19,028 nucleotides of DNA. Source: Thermoplasmatales archaeon SW_10_69_26 (lineage in GTDB: Archaea; Thermoplasmatota; SW-10-69-26). The notes under the pieces were generated by a model. That model worked only from the letters and a program-made list of their open reading frames with translations. It was not told the DNA's origin and did no database searches. The stretch covers positions 85,187 to 104,214 of the forward strand of contig PXUB01000025.1 in assembly GCA_003009755.1 (NCBI GenBank), in the 5' to 3' direction. The translations under genes were made by a program, and so were the position numbers. This document shows, in pieces, positions 7,674 through 16,632 of this stretch (the stretch's first letter is position 1; every line of letters starts with the position of its first letter).

Positions 7674-8043
7674 TCCGCTCGATGCGGCGCCCCGCGGTCG
7701 ACCGGGACCCCCAGCGACTGGCCGACCGCGTCGAGGCCAAGATCGACGCCATCGGCGCCGGGCGGCCGGGCTCGCTGCCGGACCCCGAGACGCTGGCCGA
7801 GTGCGTGCGCGTCCTCCACACCGCACTGCACGAGGGCCTGCCGGACGCTCGCGACCGCTCGCCCGGTGAGCTGCGGCGACTGACCGATGCCCTCGAGGAC
7901 GCTCTCGCGGAGGCCGGCATCGAGCAACTGGCCGAGGCGGACCTGGGTCTGCCCGAGCTGGCGATGACCGACGTGCTCGTGGCTCGCTCCCTGCTCGAAC
8001 GCGCCCGCTCGGGCCTGGCGACGTTCCGCGAGCGCCACGAGCG
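7397..8043 (+). other. Internal fragment of an unrelated helical protein gene (no own start or stop) between the repeats
   Basis: Open with normal codon usage in the frame of ORF 6641..8236 (DQEPGRLRSRVHELTAWLDG...LATFRERHER); runs in frame into repeat copy 2; no LysRS, transposase or integrase motifs recognised. Confidence 0.65.
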
Positions 8044-8142
8044 CATCGAGGAGGTCACCGACGCCGAGGAGGGGTTGCTGCGCTCGCGGATCGAGCGCAC
8101 GCGAGCCTGGCTGGCGACGTTCGCACCCGAGGACGCCCAGTT
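8044..8142 (+). repeat. 99-bp exact direct repeat, copy 2
   Basis: Identical to 7298-7396, offset 746 bp. Confidence 0.95.
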
Positions 8143-8144
8143 TG

Positions 8145-8177
8145 CTCGACCGCCTGGCCGCCCTCACCGGACCCTGA
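8145..8177 (+). other. Probable orphan 3' end of lysS (LDRLAALTGP-stop)
   Basis: Resembles the xLxRL terminus of class I LysRS; followed immediately by hairpin 8181-8201 and then the aIF5A promoter. Confidence 0.55.
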
Positions 8178-8223
8178 GCGCCCCGGTCGGATCGGCCGGG
8201 GAACCCAGCCGGCTGGTCGTCCC

Positions 8224-8238
8224 CGAAAAGGCTTAAAG
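8224..8238 (+). promoter_or_regulatory. BRE plus TATA box of aIF5A-pyrF
   Basis: CGAAAAG-G-CTTAAAG ~25 nt before ATG 8264. Confidence 0.7.
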
Positions 8239-8263
8239 GCTCCGGGCTCTGGACCGAGCAACG

Positions 8264-8650
8264 ATGACGACCCGACAAGCCGAGGTCCGAGAACTGCGTG
8301 AGGGCCGTTACGTCGTGATCGACGACGAGCCCTGCAAGATCAAGTCGATCTCGACGAGCAAACCCGGCAAGCACGGCAGCGCCAAGGCCAAGATCCAGGC
8401 CGAAGGCATCTTCGACGACTCCAAGCGCCGCATGAAGGCGCCGGTCGACGACCGCTGCCGCATCCCGCACATCGACAAGCGGCAGGCCCAGGTCATCAGC
8501 GTCCAGGAGGACATCGTCCAGCTGATGGATCTGGAGACCTACGAGACATTCGAGCTCCGCATCCCGGAGGACCTCGAGGGCCAGATCGAGCCCGAGGACG
8601 AGATCGACTACCTCGAGGCGATGGGGCGCCGCAAGATCACCGGGACGTGA
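8264..8650 (+). CDS. eif5a: Translation factor aIF5A (eIF-5A)
   Basis: Hypusine motif SKPGKHGSAK; VQLMDLETYETF; 128 aa. Confidence 0.97.
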   Translation: MTTRQAEVRELREGRYVVIDDEPCKIKSISTSKPGKHGSAKAKIQAEGIFDDSKRRMKAPVDDRCRIPHIDKRQAQVISVQEDIVQLMDLETYETFELRIPEDLEGQIEPEDEIDYLEAMGRRKITGT

Positions 8651-8654
8651 GGCC

Positions 8655-9419
8655 GTGGGAGCCTTCCGGGGCCGCATCGAGACCCTGAACGACGAGCGCG
8701 GCCACCTGTGCGTGGGCGTGGATCCTCGGCCGGGTCGGTTCCCGCCCGACGACCAGGACGCCGCGGGGCTCGAGCGCTGGTGCCTGAACCTCGTCGAAGC
8801 AACGGAGGAACAGGCCGCCGCCTACAAGCCCAACCTCGCGTTCTTCCTCGCGATGGGCCCCGAGGGGCTTCGAGTGCTGGAGGCGGTGGCCGACCGGGCC
8901 GAGGCCGCCGGCGCCTTGACGATCCTCGACGGCAAGTTCACCGACATCGGTTCGACGGCCGAGGCCTATGCGCGGTTCGCGGACGACGTGGTGGGCGCCG
9001 ACGCCGTCACGTTGAGCCCGTACATGGGGACCGACGTGCTCGATCCGTTCCTCGATCGGGATCTCGACGCCTTCGTGTTGGCTCGGACGACGAACGCCAG
9101 CGCCAGCCAGGTGCAGGACACGGTGGCGGGCGAGGTCGTGCAGACGTTCTCGATGCGCGGCACCGGGTTCGTGGCGCCCGGCAACGACCCGGACACCGCT
9201 GGCCACGTCCGCCAGACGGCCGGCGGCGCGCCGCTTCTGTTGCCCGGCATCGGTGCCCAGGGCGGGTCGGCGGCGGAGGCCGCTTGCACGGCCCGCGGCG
9301 GTCCGTTCCTGATCGCGATCGGGCGAGGCATCGCCCACGCCGAGGGCAGCTTCCCAGACAACGCCCGCGAGGCCGCCCAACGGTTCTCGAAGGAGATCGA
9401 CGCGGCCCTCGACGGCTGA
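8655..9419 (+). CDS. pyrF: Orotidine-5'-phosphate decarboxylase
   Basis: LCVGVDP, AYKPNLAFF, catalytic DGKFTDIGST (DxKxxDIxxT), VTLSPYMG, LLPGIGAQGG. Confidence 0.95.
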   Translation: MGAFRGRIETLNDERGHLCVGVDPRPGRFPPDDQDAAGLERWCLNLVEATEEQAAAYKPNLAFFLAMGPEGLRVLEAVADRAEAAGALTILDGKFTDIGSTAEAYARFADDVVGADAVTLSPYMGTDVLDPFLDRDLDAFVLARTTNASASQVQDTVAGEVVQTFSMRGTGFVAPGNDPDTAGHVRQTAGGAPLLLPGIGAQGGSAAEAACTARGGPFLIAIGRGIAHAEGSFPDNAREAAQRFSKEIDAALDG

Positions 9420-9421
9420 GC

Positions 9422-9946
9422 TCAGCGCCGGCGGGCCGCCCACGCGCCGACCGAGACGGCGGCCAGCGCCCCGAGGGTCCCGAACCCAGGCTGGGGCCGC
9501 TCGTCGCTTTCGGCCAGCGAGGGCACGTGGATCGTGAACACCTCGCCCAGCGCGGCGTGACCGTCCCGCCCGCACTCGAGGGTGGCGTTCGGTTGCCCGG
9601 CCTCCTCGATCGCCGGCCAGGGGATCTGCAGCCGCTGGGTTTCGTCGGCTGCCAGGGTCCGGTTCATGCCGTGCTCGGCCAGGGAGGGTGCCGTCTCGTC
9701 GGCGAAGGTGAGGTTGTGCGCGATCCGGCCCTCGTTCGTGACGCGCAGCACGAGGTCGGTGCCTTCCTCGAGCGTGACGTTGCCCGGCTGCACGCAGAAC
9801 CGGTCCGGTCCGGCGGGGCAGCCCTCGTCCTGCAGGGTCAGGTTGACGGCACGACGCGGTCGATCGTCCTGGGCCGCGGTCGCGGGGACGACGATGGCGG
9901 CGGCGAGCAAGACCCCGGCGACGATCAAGCCCCTGGCAGGCGGCAT
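9422..9946 (-). CDS. Secreted cupredoxin-domain protein with PGF-CTERM anchor (174 aa)
   Basis: Start ATG 9946 (MPPARGLIVAGVLL...ATAA signal peptide); NEGRIAHNLTF and LECGRDGHAALGE copper-site pattern; QPGFGTLGALAAVSVGAWAARRR sorting signal. Confidence 0.8.
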   Translation of the reverse strand: MPPARGLIVAGVLLAAAIVVPATAAQDDRPRRAVNLTLQDEGCPAGPDRFCVQPGNVTLEEGTDLVLRVTNEGRIAHNLTFADETAPSLAEHGMNRTLAADETQRLQIPWPAIEEAGQPNATLECGRDGHAALGEVFTIHVPSLAESDERPQPGFGTLGALAAVSVGAWAARRR

Positions 9947-10058
9947 CGTGCGGGCGAGCAGGCGCCCTCGGCAAAAGCGTTCCTGACCGGCTCGCGCCTT
10001 GGCCCCCTCACGCGGGGACCGCACGGCTTATCAGGGACGTGTCGGGTCGCTCGGGCCG

Positions 10059-11234
10059 GTGCGTGTCACGGTCGGCGACGTGACGCTCGTCGGGACGGCG
10101 CACGTCTCGCCCAAGAGCGTCGAGGAGGTCCGGGATGCAATCGAGGAGATCGAGCCCGAGACCGTGTGCGTCGAACTGGACGAGACGCGGCTGCAGGCGC
10201 TGCGCGATCCCAACGCGTGGGCCGAGCTGCCCGTCCTCGATCTGATCAAGCAGGGCAAGGGCCCCCAGCTGTTGGCCCAGGTCCTGTTGTCCTCCTACCA
10301 GCGCCGCATCGGTGAGGAGACCGGCGTCCGCCCCGGTCGGGAGCTGCTCACCGCCGTCGAGGAGGCCGAGGCCCGCGAGGCCGAGGTCGTGCTCGCCGAT
10401 CGCGACGTCGGCACCACGCTGCGTCGCGCCTTCCAGGCGATGCCCCTCCGCGAGAAGGGCCGGGTGGCCTGGGAGATGATCAAGGCCACCTTCGCCGACG
10501 AGGAAGCCGAGAGCTTCGAGGCCGAGGAGATCGACGAGCTGCTCGAGGAGGACGCGCTCACGCAAGCCATGGAGGAGATGGCCGAGCTGGCTCCCTCGGC
10601 CTCGCACGTCCTCATCGACGAGCGCGATGCCTACATGAGCACGAGGATCCTCGACGCCGCCGACGAGACCGACGGCGAGCTCGTCGCCGTCGTCGGCGCC
10701 GGGCACCTTCGCGGCGTCGAGGCGGCGCTCCGCGAGCAGCGACGCGCCAACCTCGAGGTGCTCGAGAGCACGGACAGCTCGGGCATCCCGTGGGGCAAGG
10801 TCGTCGCCTGGTCGCTGTCCGCCCTCGTGATCGGTCTCTTCGGCCTGCTGGCCTACGAGGCGTTCACGACCGGGAACCTCGACACGCTGGGCCTGGGCCT
10901 GTTCTGGTACTGGGTGATCAGCGGCATCCCCGCTGCGATCGGCTCGATCATCGCCGGCGGAGGCGTTTCGACCACCATCGTGGCCTTCCTGGCCTCACCG
11001 TTGACGAGCCTCAACCCGGCCGTGGCGGCTGGATGGTTCGCCGGCGCGGTCGAGGCCTGGCGCCGGGAGCCCAAGGTCGGCGACGTCGAGGGCCTGTCCG
11101 AGATCTACACGTTCGCCGACATGCGCGAGAACCGGCTCGTGCGCGTGATCCTCGTCGCCGCGCTCGTCAACCTCGGCTCGATCGTCGGGAGCTGGGCCGG
11201 CGCGCTCAAGCTCTTCGAGGTGGTGCGCGGGTGA
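10059..11234 (+). CDS. TraB/PrgY/GumN family protein (pheromone-shutdown TraB-like) with C-terminal TM helices
   Basis: LVGTAHVS, VCVELD..R, LADRDV..TLRRA, LIDERDAYM, VAVVGAGH, ASPLTSLNP..AAGWFAG; GTG 10059 lies ~25 nt after TATA-like CTTATCA (10027-10033). Confidence 0.92.
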   Translation: MRVTVGDVTLVGTAHVSPKSVEEVRDAIEEIEPETVCVELDETRLQALRDPNAWAELPVLDLIKQGKGPQLLAQVLLSSYQRRIGEETGVRPGRELLTAVEEAEAREAEVVLADRDVGTTLRRAFQAMPLREKGRVAWEMIKATFADEEAESFEAEEIDELLEEDALTQAMEEMAELAPSASHVLIDERDAYMSTRILDAADETDGELVAVVGAGHLRGVEAALREQRRANLEVLESTDSSGIPWGKVVAWSLSALVIGLFGLLAYEAFTTGNLDTLGLGLFWYWVISGIPAAIGSIIAGGGVSTTIVAFLASPLTSLNPAVAAGWFAGAVEAWRREPKVGDVEGLSEIYTFADMRENRLVRVILVAALVNLGSIVGSWAGALKLFEVVRG

Positions 11235-11902
11235 ACGAGCCCTCCGCGTACCGGTTCGAGAAGCGTGAGACGCTCTCGCTGGTGGCGAGCACGCTCGTGC
11301 TCGCCGCCGCCTTCAGCTTCCTCTTGTCCTGTTCGTACCTGATCGAGACGGCGCTCGTCGCCAACTGCGCGCCCGGGTTCGACTGGGGGATGTTCTTCGG
11401 GACCGCGTTCCCGGTCAGCCTCGTGCTCGTGCTCGGCGCCTTCGTGTTGCACGAGCTGGCGCACAAGTTCGCGGCTCAGTACTACGGCCTGTGGGCCGAG
11501 TTCCGCGCCTCGACATGGGGCCTGCTGTTGGCGCTGGCCGCCTCGGGCACGTTCGGCATCGTCGTCGCCTCGCCGGGCGCGGTCGTCATCATGGGCCCGG
11601 CCGACGACCGCGAGGCCGGCATCATCAGCGTGCTGGGCCCGATCGTGAACATCGCGTTGGCGGTGATCGCTCTCCCGCTGTGGTTGGCCACCGATCAGCC
11701 GGCGGCCTTCGACGTCGGCCTGCCACGCATCGGCAACGTCTTCCAGCTTGCGCTGCTGGTCAACGTCGTCTTGGCCGCGTTCAACATGCTGCCGATCAAG
11801 CCGCTGGACGGCTCGAAGGTCGTGCGTTGGAGCGTCTCGGCCTTCGTCGTCGTCTGGCTGGCGATCGCGACCCTGTTCGCCCGCACGGTCGGCTTCATCT
11901 GA
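11231..11902 (+). CDS. Site-2 protease (M50 family) intramembrane metallopeptidase
   Basis: HELAHK (HExxH), SVLGPIVN, FNMLPIKPLDGSK (NxxPxxxLDG); GTG start overlaps the TraB-family stop (GTGA). Confidence 0.93.
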   Translation: MNEPSAYRFEKRETLSLVASTLVLAAAFSFLLSCSYLIETALVANCAPGFDWGMFFGTAFPVSLVLVLGAFVLHELAHKFAAQYYGLWAEFRASTWGLLLALAASGTFGIVVASPGAVVIMGPADDREAGIISVLGPIVNIALAVIALPLWLATDQPAAFDVGLPRIGNVFQLALLVNVVLAAFNMLPIKPLDGSKVVRWSVSAFVVVWLAIATLFARTVGFI

Positions 11903-12149
11903 GCACCTCGCCGCCTGGGCTCTCCCGTCGGCAGGCGGCTGCCAGCCGTCAGGTTGGCGGCGTCGGTCTCCATCGCCGTGGCCCGGCCATGCCTGCTTCG
12001 ACCATCGGGCCAGCGACCGCTTGGACGACATGGAAGATGTGGGCACCCTGCCTGGGTCCGAGCCATCGTCGGCAACGGCTCGCGCTCTCCCGCGTCCACC
12101 GAGCCCTCTCGCCAATACTGTGTTGATCGGGCTGGCGTCGACGATCCGT

Positions 12150-13253
12150 CTACCGGGTCCGCGAGGTCAGGTCGATGGTGGCGTCGGCGTCGGGCCCGGA
12201 GCTGGTGCCGCCGCGAGCATCGCCCTCCCACGTGTCCGCGAAAGCGTCGTAGTTGGCGGTGAGGACGTGGGTCTGCTGGTCGCCCGAGCGGACATCGATC
12301 GGCTCGCCGTCACCACCGTCGTCGTGCAGGAACGTCAGGCGGATCTCCTTCGCCCAGTTCCCGCTGGCGTAGGCACCGCCCAGCTCCTCGGTGAACTCGG
12401 AGCCGCGATCGGCGACGTCCAGCTCCATCGACCATTCCAGTTCGTTCTCGCCCCTCTCGATGGCTTGGGGTCCCTGGGTCGCCTGGGCCTGAGGGCCGTC
12501 GACCTCGACGAGCAGGTCGGCTCCGCCGTCGATCCGGAAGTCTTGCTTGAGGTTGACCGAGCGGATGTGCACCGTGACCCGCAGGTCGCCGAGAGGCGCG
12601 GCGTCGTTGAGGTCCAAGACACCGTCGTCGTCGGTGTCCTCGATGGTGGGACCGGTGGCCAGCTGTTTCTCGAGGCCGTCGTGGAGGCCGTCGCGATCCG
12701 TGTCGGCGTTCTGCAGGCCGGGGTTGGAGCGCGCGTGGTAGGCCTCGCCGGCGACCGGCTGGACCTGCCAGCCTTCGATCTCGGTGCCGTCGTCGAGCGT
12801 GTCGCTGAGCTGGGGGCTGCTGTCCGAGTGGGCATCCGCCGGGTTCGACCGGTAGGAGAAGTCGCCGATCTCGGTGCGTTGCTCGCCGAGGTAGCAGCCC
12901 GCGCGCTCGGGATGCTCGAGGACGTCGGCCTCGAGGATGCGATCCTCGAAGTCGGACCCGGACTCGGGGCACAGGGTAGCGCCGTCGAGCAGCCGGTCGC
13001 GGTCGGTGTCGACGGACCGGGGATCGATGCCCGCGTTGAGCTCGTCGAAGTCGTTGAGCCCGTCGCCGTCGGTGTCCGTCTGCGTGGGGTCGGAGGTGAC
13101 GTTGTAGGAGCGTTCGGTCCCGTCGGGGTAGCTGGCGCGCACGGTCCATCCGCCGGCTTCGGCGTCGGCGGGCAAACCGTCGCTGTCGCCACCGTCCGTG
13201 CACCCGACGAGGGGGACCGTGAGCAGGCAGACGGCCAGCAGGAGGCGTTTCAC
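12150..13253 (-). CDS. Lipoprotein with acidic Ca-binding (thrombospondin type 3-like) repeats
   Basis: Lipobox LVGC; repeats DPTQTDTDGDGLND, DPRSVDTDRDRLLD, NPGLQNADTDRDGLHD, PTIEDTDDDGVLD; beta-rich C-terminal domain; coupled to the upstream gene by GTGA. Confidence 0.8.
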   Translation of the reverse strand: MKRLLLAVCLLTVPLVGCTDGGDSDGLPADAEAGGWTVRASYPDGTERSYNVTSDPTQTDTDGDGLNDFDELNAGIDPRSVDTDRDRLLDGATLCPESGSDFEDRILEADVLEHPERAGCYLGEQRTEIGDFSYRSNPADAHSDSSPQLSDTLDDGTEIEGWQVQPVAGEAYHARSNPGLQNADTDRDGLHDGLEKQLATGPTIEDTDDDGVLDLNDAAPLGDLRVTVHIRSVNLKQDFRIDGGADLLVEVDGPQAQATQGPQAIERGENELEWSMELDVADRGSEFTEELGGAYASGNWAKEIRLTFLHDDGGDGEPIDVRSGDQQTHVLTANYDAFADTWEGDARGGTSSGPDADATIDLTSRTR

Positions 13254-14110
13254 TCGTACTTCACCTCGAACCAGTTGCCGGGCGGGTCCTCACGGTACAC
13301 GGTCGGATCCATCGGCACGTTCTCGTTGCCCCTGGCTTCGGCGTTGTGGAAGGTCGCGGTCACGTTGTAGGATCCCTCCGCTGGACGGTCCTCCTCGTAC
13401 TTCTGGGATTCGAAGTTGTCCCACGGCACGATCACGTTCGTGACCGCCGTCGTGTTCAACGGGACGGTCCCGTGGAAGACGTTGTCGTGCTGGGCCTGGC
13501 ACTCCTGGGTCTCGTTCGCGACGCCGAGCCCAGTTCCCAGCGGGCCCTGTCGGTCGCAGTCCTCCCAGTAGACGTCGAGCACGAGTTCGCCGGAGGTGAA
13601 CACGCTCGAGCTCAGCGGTTGGGCCTTCGACTGCGCCAGGGCGACCTCGATGCGGGTGCGCTCCTCGGTCTCGTTCGGGAACGAGCGGATGTAGACCCAG
13701 TTGACGACCTTCTCGACAGAGAAGCGGGTCTGGGCCTCGTCCTCGCCCATCGTGACCTCGACCTGGTACTGGCCGTTCTCGCCGGCGAACCTCTGGTAGG
13801 GGATCTCGAGCGTGCCCTCGCAGTCCTCGACCTCCACCTGGCCGAGGACGCTCGGGTAGACGATGATGTCGTCCTTGAGGATCTCGACGTCGGCCTCGTC
13901 CTCGCAGCCGCCGACCAGGCCCGGGTCCTTCTGGATCAAGACGGTGATCCCGTCCCCGGACTCGGGTGCCTCCACCGCGACGAAGAAGCTCTCACCGCCG
14001 CCGACGGCACCGCCGAACGTGGGCAGCAGGAGGACGAGCGCCACGATGCCGATGGCGAGCTTTTTCGCGTGGCGTCGAAGCCGCTCCGGCACCATGGTCC
14101 TCGTGTCCAT
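13250..14110 (-). CDS. Hypothetical exported or N-anchored beta-rich protein
   Basis: Basic N-region plus hydrophobic helix (KKLAIGIVALVLLLPTFG); acidic beta-strand pattern; four Cys; GGAGG upstream. Confidence 0.75.
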   Translation of the reverse strand: MDTRTMVPERLRRHAKKLAIGIVALVLLLPTFGGAVGGGESFFVAVEAPESGDGITVLIQKDPGLVGGCEDEADVEILKDDIIVYPSVLGQVEVEDCEGTLEIPYQRFAGENGQYQVEVTMGEDEAQTRFSVEKVVNWVYIRSFPNETEERTRIEVALAQSKAQPLSSSVFTSGELVLDVYWEDCDRQGPLGTGLGVANETQECQAQHDNVFHGTVPLNTTAVTNVIVPWDNFESQKYEEDRPAEGSYNVTATFHNAEARGNENVPMDPTVYREDPPGNWFEVKYE

Positions 14111-14163
14111 CGACGGGAGGCCTCCAAAAACTTCGCCTTACGGGAACGGCTCCCTTTGGCCCA

Positions 14164-15453
14164 TCAGGAGGGCTCCACGCCTCCGGCGGGGTCGCGGTCG
14201 ACCTCGTCCTCGGAGGGCTGTTGGGCGCGTTTGCGTTCCAAGAGGGCGCGCTTGCGCTCGAGCAGGCGCCGGCGTCGTCGGACGTCCTCGGGGTCGGGGC
14301 CCTCGCCCTCGCGGGCGTCCACGAGCGCCGCGTGGCGTTCGCGGTAGGCTTCCTGTAGGGCTTCCTCGGCCCGTTGGCGTTCCTGGTAGGCTTCCTTCCA
14401 GGCGTCCTTGCGCTGGTCGTACAGCGTCTGGAGCCGGTCCTCGACGACGTCGGCTCGCTCGGGGTCCTCGATCTTGAGGGCCTCGAGCTCGGCTTCGTGC
14501 TCGGGGTCGAGGCCCGGGTAGCTGGGCTTGCCCTTCTCCAGCTTGCGCCGCCGGATCTTGCGCGTCGTGCGCTTGGTGATGAGACCGACGCCGAGCAGCA
14601 ACAGCATCGCGTGGGGGGCCACCCACGCGGGGGCGTTGGCGCCGGATTGGGTGACGGGGATGTTGGTGGTGACGAGCGGCTGACCGTTGGTCTCCGAGAC
14701 CGCGCGGACCGTGATCAGGTCCGACGAGCTGGTGTAGAGGAACCAGGGGTTCTCCGGCGAGCGGACGTCGATGTAGACGGTCTTGGTCTCACCGGGAGCC
14801 AGGCGGATCGAGGAGGGGGGGGAGACCATCCATTCCTCGGGCCCGTTGACCTGGAAGGAGGCCATGTCGGGGTAGTAGTTGTTGTTCGTGACGGTGATCG
14901 GGACGCTGCGCTTCTGGTCGGGCTCGAAGTCGTCCGGGATCTCGGCCATCTGCATGTAGAGCCGCGGGAACGACTCGGCGACGGCGAGCACGGAGGCGTT
15001 CGCCACGGTCTCGTCACCGGAGACGGGGGTGTAGACCGCCGTGACGCGGACCTCGACCGTCGGGGCCTGGATGGTGGCGCCGGCCTGGATGTCGAGGTTG
15101 ATCTCGTGCGTGTCGCCGGGTTCGGTCTGGAGCGTGTACCGGTCGAGGCTGGCAGCCCAGCCGGCCGTGTTGTTGCCGACGATGTCGACGGAGAGCGAGA
15201 TCCGGTTGCGCTCCCGAGGGTTGTCCTCCGAGGTGGCCTGGGTGCTCACGTCTTCGACCGTGATCGGGATGTTGGCGGACCCGCGGAACTCGATCGACGC
15301 CGAGCCCTGCTGAGGAAGGACATTGGCCGCGTAGTTGTCCCGGGTGGTGTCGGGCTCGGGGACCTGCGCCTGGATCGGCGCAGCGAGGAGAAGGAGAGCA
15401 AGGAGGGGGAGCAAACCCCGTCGATGGCGGGCCCTGCTCCCCACAGGTGGCAC
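14164..15453 (-). CDS. Single-pass surface protein: two Ig-like domains, TM helix, charged coiled-coil tail
   Basis: Signal peptide (...AAPIQA); GWAASL...PGDT and EEWMVSPPSSIRLAPGETKTV Ig-like motifs; TM around HAMLLLLGVGLI; E/R/K-rich tail. Start position uncertain. Confidence 0.75.
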   Translation of the reverse strand: MPPVGSRARHRRGLLPLLALLLLAAPIQAQVPEPDTTRDNYAANVLPQQGSASIEFRGSANIPITVEDVSTQATSEDNPRERNRISLSVDIVGNNTAGWAASLDRYTLQTEPGDTHEINLDIQAGATIQAPTVEVRVTAVYTPVSGDETVANASVLAVAESFPRLYMQMAEIPDDFEPDQKRSVPITVTNNNYYPDMASFQVNGPEEWMVSPPSSIRLAPGETKTVYIDVRSPENPWFLYTSSSDLITVRAVSETNGQPLVTTNIPVTQSGANAPAWVAPHAMLLLLGVGLITKRTTRKIRRRKLEKGKPSYPGLDPEHEAELEALKIEDPERADVVEDRLQTLYDQRKDAWKEAYQERQRAEEALQEAYRERHAALVDAREGEGPDPEDVRRRRRLLERKRALLERKRAQQPSEDEVDRDPAGGVEPS

Positions 15454-15460
15454 CTCGAAG

Positions 15461-16390
15461 CTACTCGATCCGCTGTCGGCTCTTCGTCAGTGCCAGGGCC
15501 ACGCCGGTCATGGCGATCGCGCTCAAGGCGGCGCCGGGACCGGGCACGTAGAAGCCCTTGGTCTTCGTCAAGGTGGACACCTGCGAGCTGGCGCCCTCGA
15601 TGTTCGTGTCGGCAGCGTAGAAGCTGTCGACCTGGAGATCGATCGAGGCGATCCGGTTCACGTACCCGTTCTTGAACGGGGTGAACACCTGGAAGGTCGC
15701 CTGACCCTGCGTGTTCTCGCCGCCGGTCGCTTGCGAGCGCACCGTCAGCGGGCTGGGAAGCGCGGTCTGGAAGCCCTCGGGGGTGCCGCCCTCTTGGGCC
15801 ACGCTGAACTCGAAGCGGGTGTCCCCGTTGGAGAAGTTCTCGATCACCATCGGGAAGGTGACCTCGCTGTCGGGGCCACCCTCGGCGATCTTCCCGTCGA
15901 GTCGCACGTTGTACAGGTTGAAGTACCCGGGCGTGACGGCGATCTGCGTCGGGTTCGTCACGGCTTCCTGCCCCTCCCCGGTCCCCGGCTGCAGGTCGGG
16001 GACGAGGCGGAGCTGGGTCGCGACGAACGCCGGCGCGTCCTGCCTAAGGGACACCGAGACGGTGAAATCCTTCGTCTCCGTGCGCGTGTCGCCTTGAGGC
16101 GGGGTGAAGGTCATCGAGCTCGGGGAGATGATGACGTTCATCCAGGACTTCTGGTTGGCGGTGTTGATCGTAAGGGACGTCGGGTTGACGGGCTCGGACG
16201 TACCGCCCGACCATTCGACCTCAGCCGTGCACTGCCATTGCCCCGGAGGCCCGAGCGGCCGGATCTCTTCCGGGCCGGGGTCGCAGGTCAGGCTGCCAGT
16301 TACGTTTTGTTGCGCGCTCGCCGTGGGGACCAAGGCCATCGTAAGGCCCCCGGTCAGGAGCATCACTGCCAAGAGCTTTCGTGCCACCAT
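15461..16390 (-). CDS. Secreted Ig-like surface protein with PGF-CTERM-like (VPGPG) anchor; resembles Thermoplasmatota choice-of-anchor T proteins (tentative)
   Basis: Signal peptide ...TASA; VTPGYF...GPDSEVTFPMVIENFSNGDT; C-terminus GFYVPGPG + hydrophobic helix + KSRQR; GGAGG upstream. Family name is from recollection only. Confidence 0.7.
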   Translation of the reverse strand: MVARKLLAVMLLTGGLTMALVPTASAQQNVTGSLTCDPGPEEIRPLGPPGQWQCTAEVEWSGGTSEPVNPTSLTINTANQKSWMNVIISPSSMTFTPPQGDTRTETKDFTVSVSLRQDAPAFVATQLRLVPDLQPGTGEGQEAVTNPTQIAVTPGYFNLYNVRLDGKIAEGGPDSEVTFPMVIENFSNGDTRFEFSVAQEGGTPEGFQTALPSPLTVRSQATGGENTQGQATFQVFTPFKNGYVNRIASIDLQVDSFYAADTNIEGASSQVSTLTKTKGFYVPGPGAALSAIAMTGVALALTKSRQRIE

Positions 16391-16600
16391 GTGCTTGTCT
16401 CCTCCGCGCGTCTACTCGGAGGACCCCACAAGTGGGTTGCGGTCTCGTGGGCGACGCCTCCGTTCGACGCAGCCAGGGAGTCAGGCCGGAGACGGATAAC
16501 GTTTGTGGGTACGTCCTTTGACCGGCTGGACGGCCCCCGGGGGAGATCCGGGCCCGCGGGCGGTCGACCGGGGCGATGCTCGAAGGCCCTGCTCACCAAG

Positions 16601-16608
16601 CTTTTATC
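16601..16608 (+). promoter_or_regulatory. TATA box of the membrane repeat protein gene
   Basis: CTTTTATC ~25 nt before ATG 16633. Confidence 0.65.
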
Positions 16609-16632
16609 GGGGGAGTCTCGTCCCTTGGGCAC

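Noticed and set aside
7298-8142. DGR template/variable repeat pair, or integrated element with att sites
   Set aside because: The repeats are identical with no adenine-specific mismatches; no reverse transcriptase, integrase or transposase is present; excision does not restore lysS.
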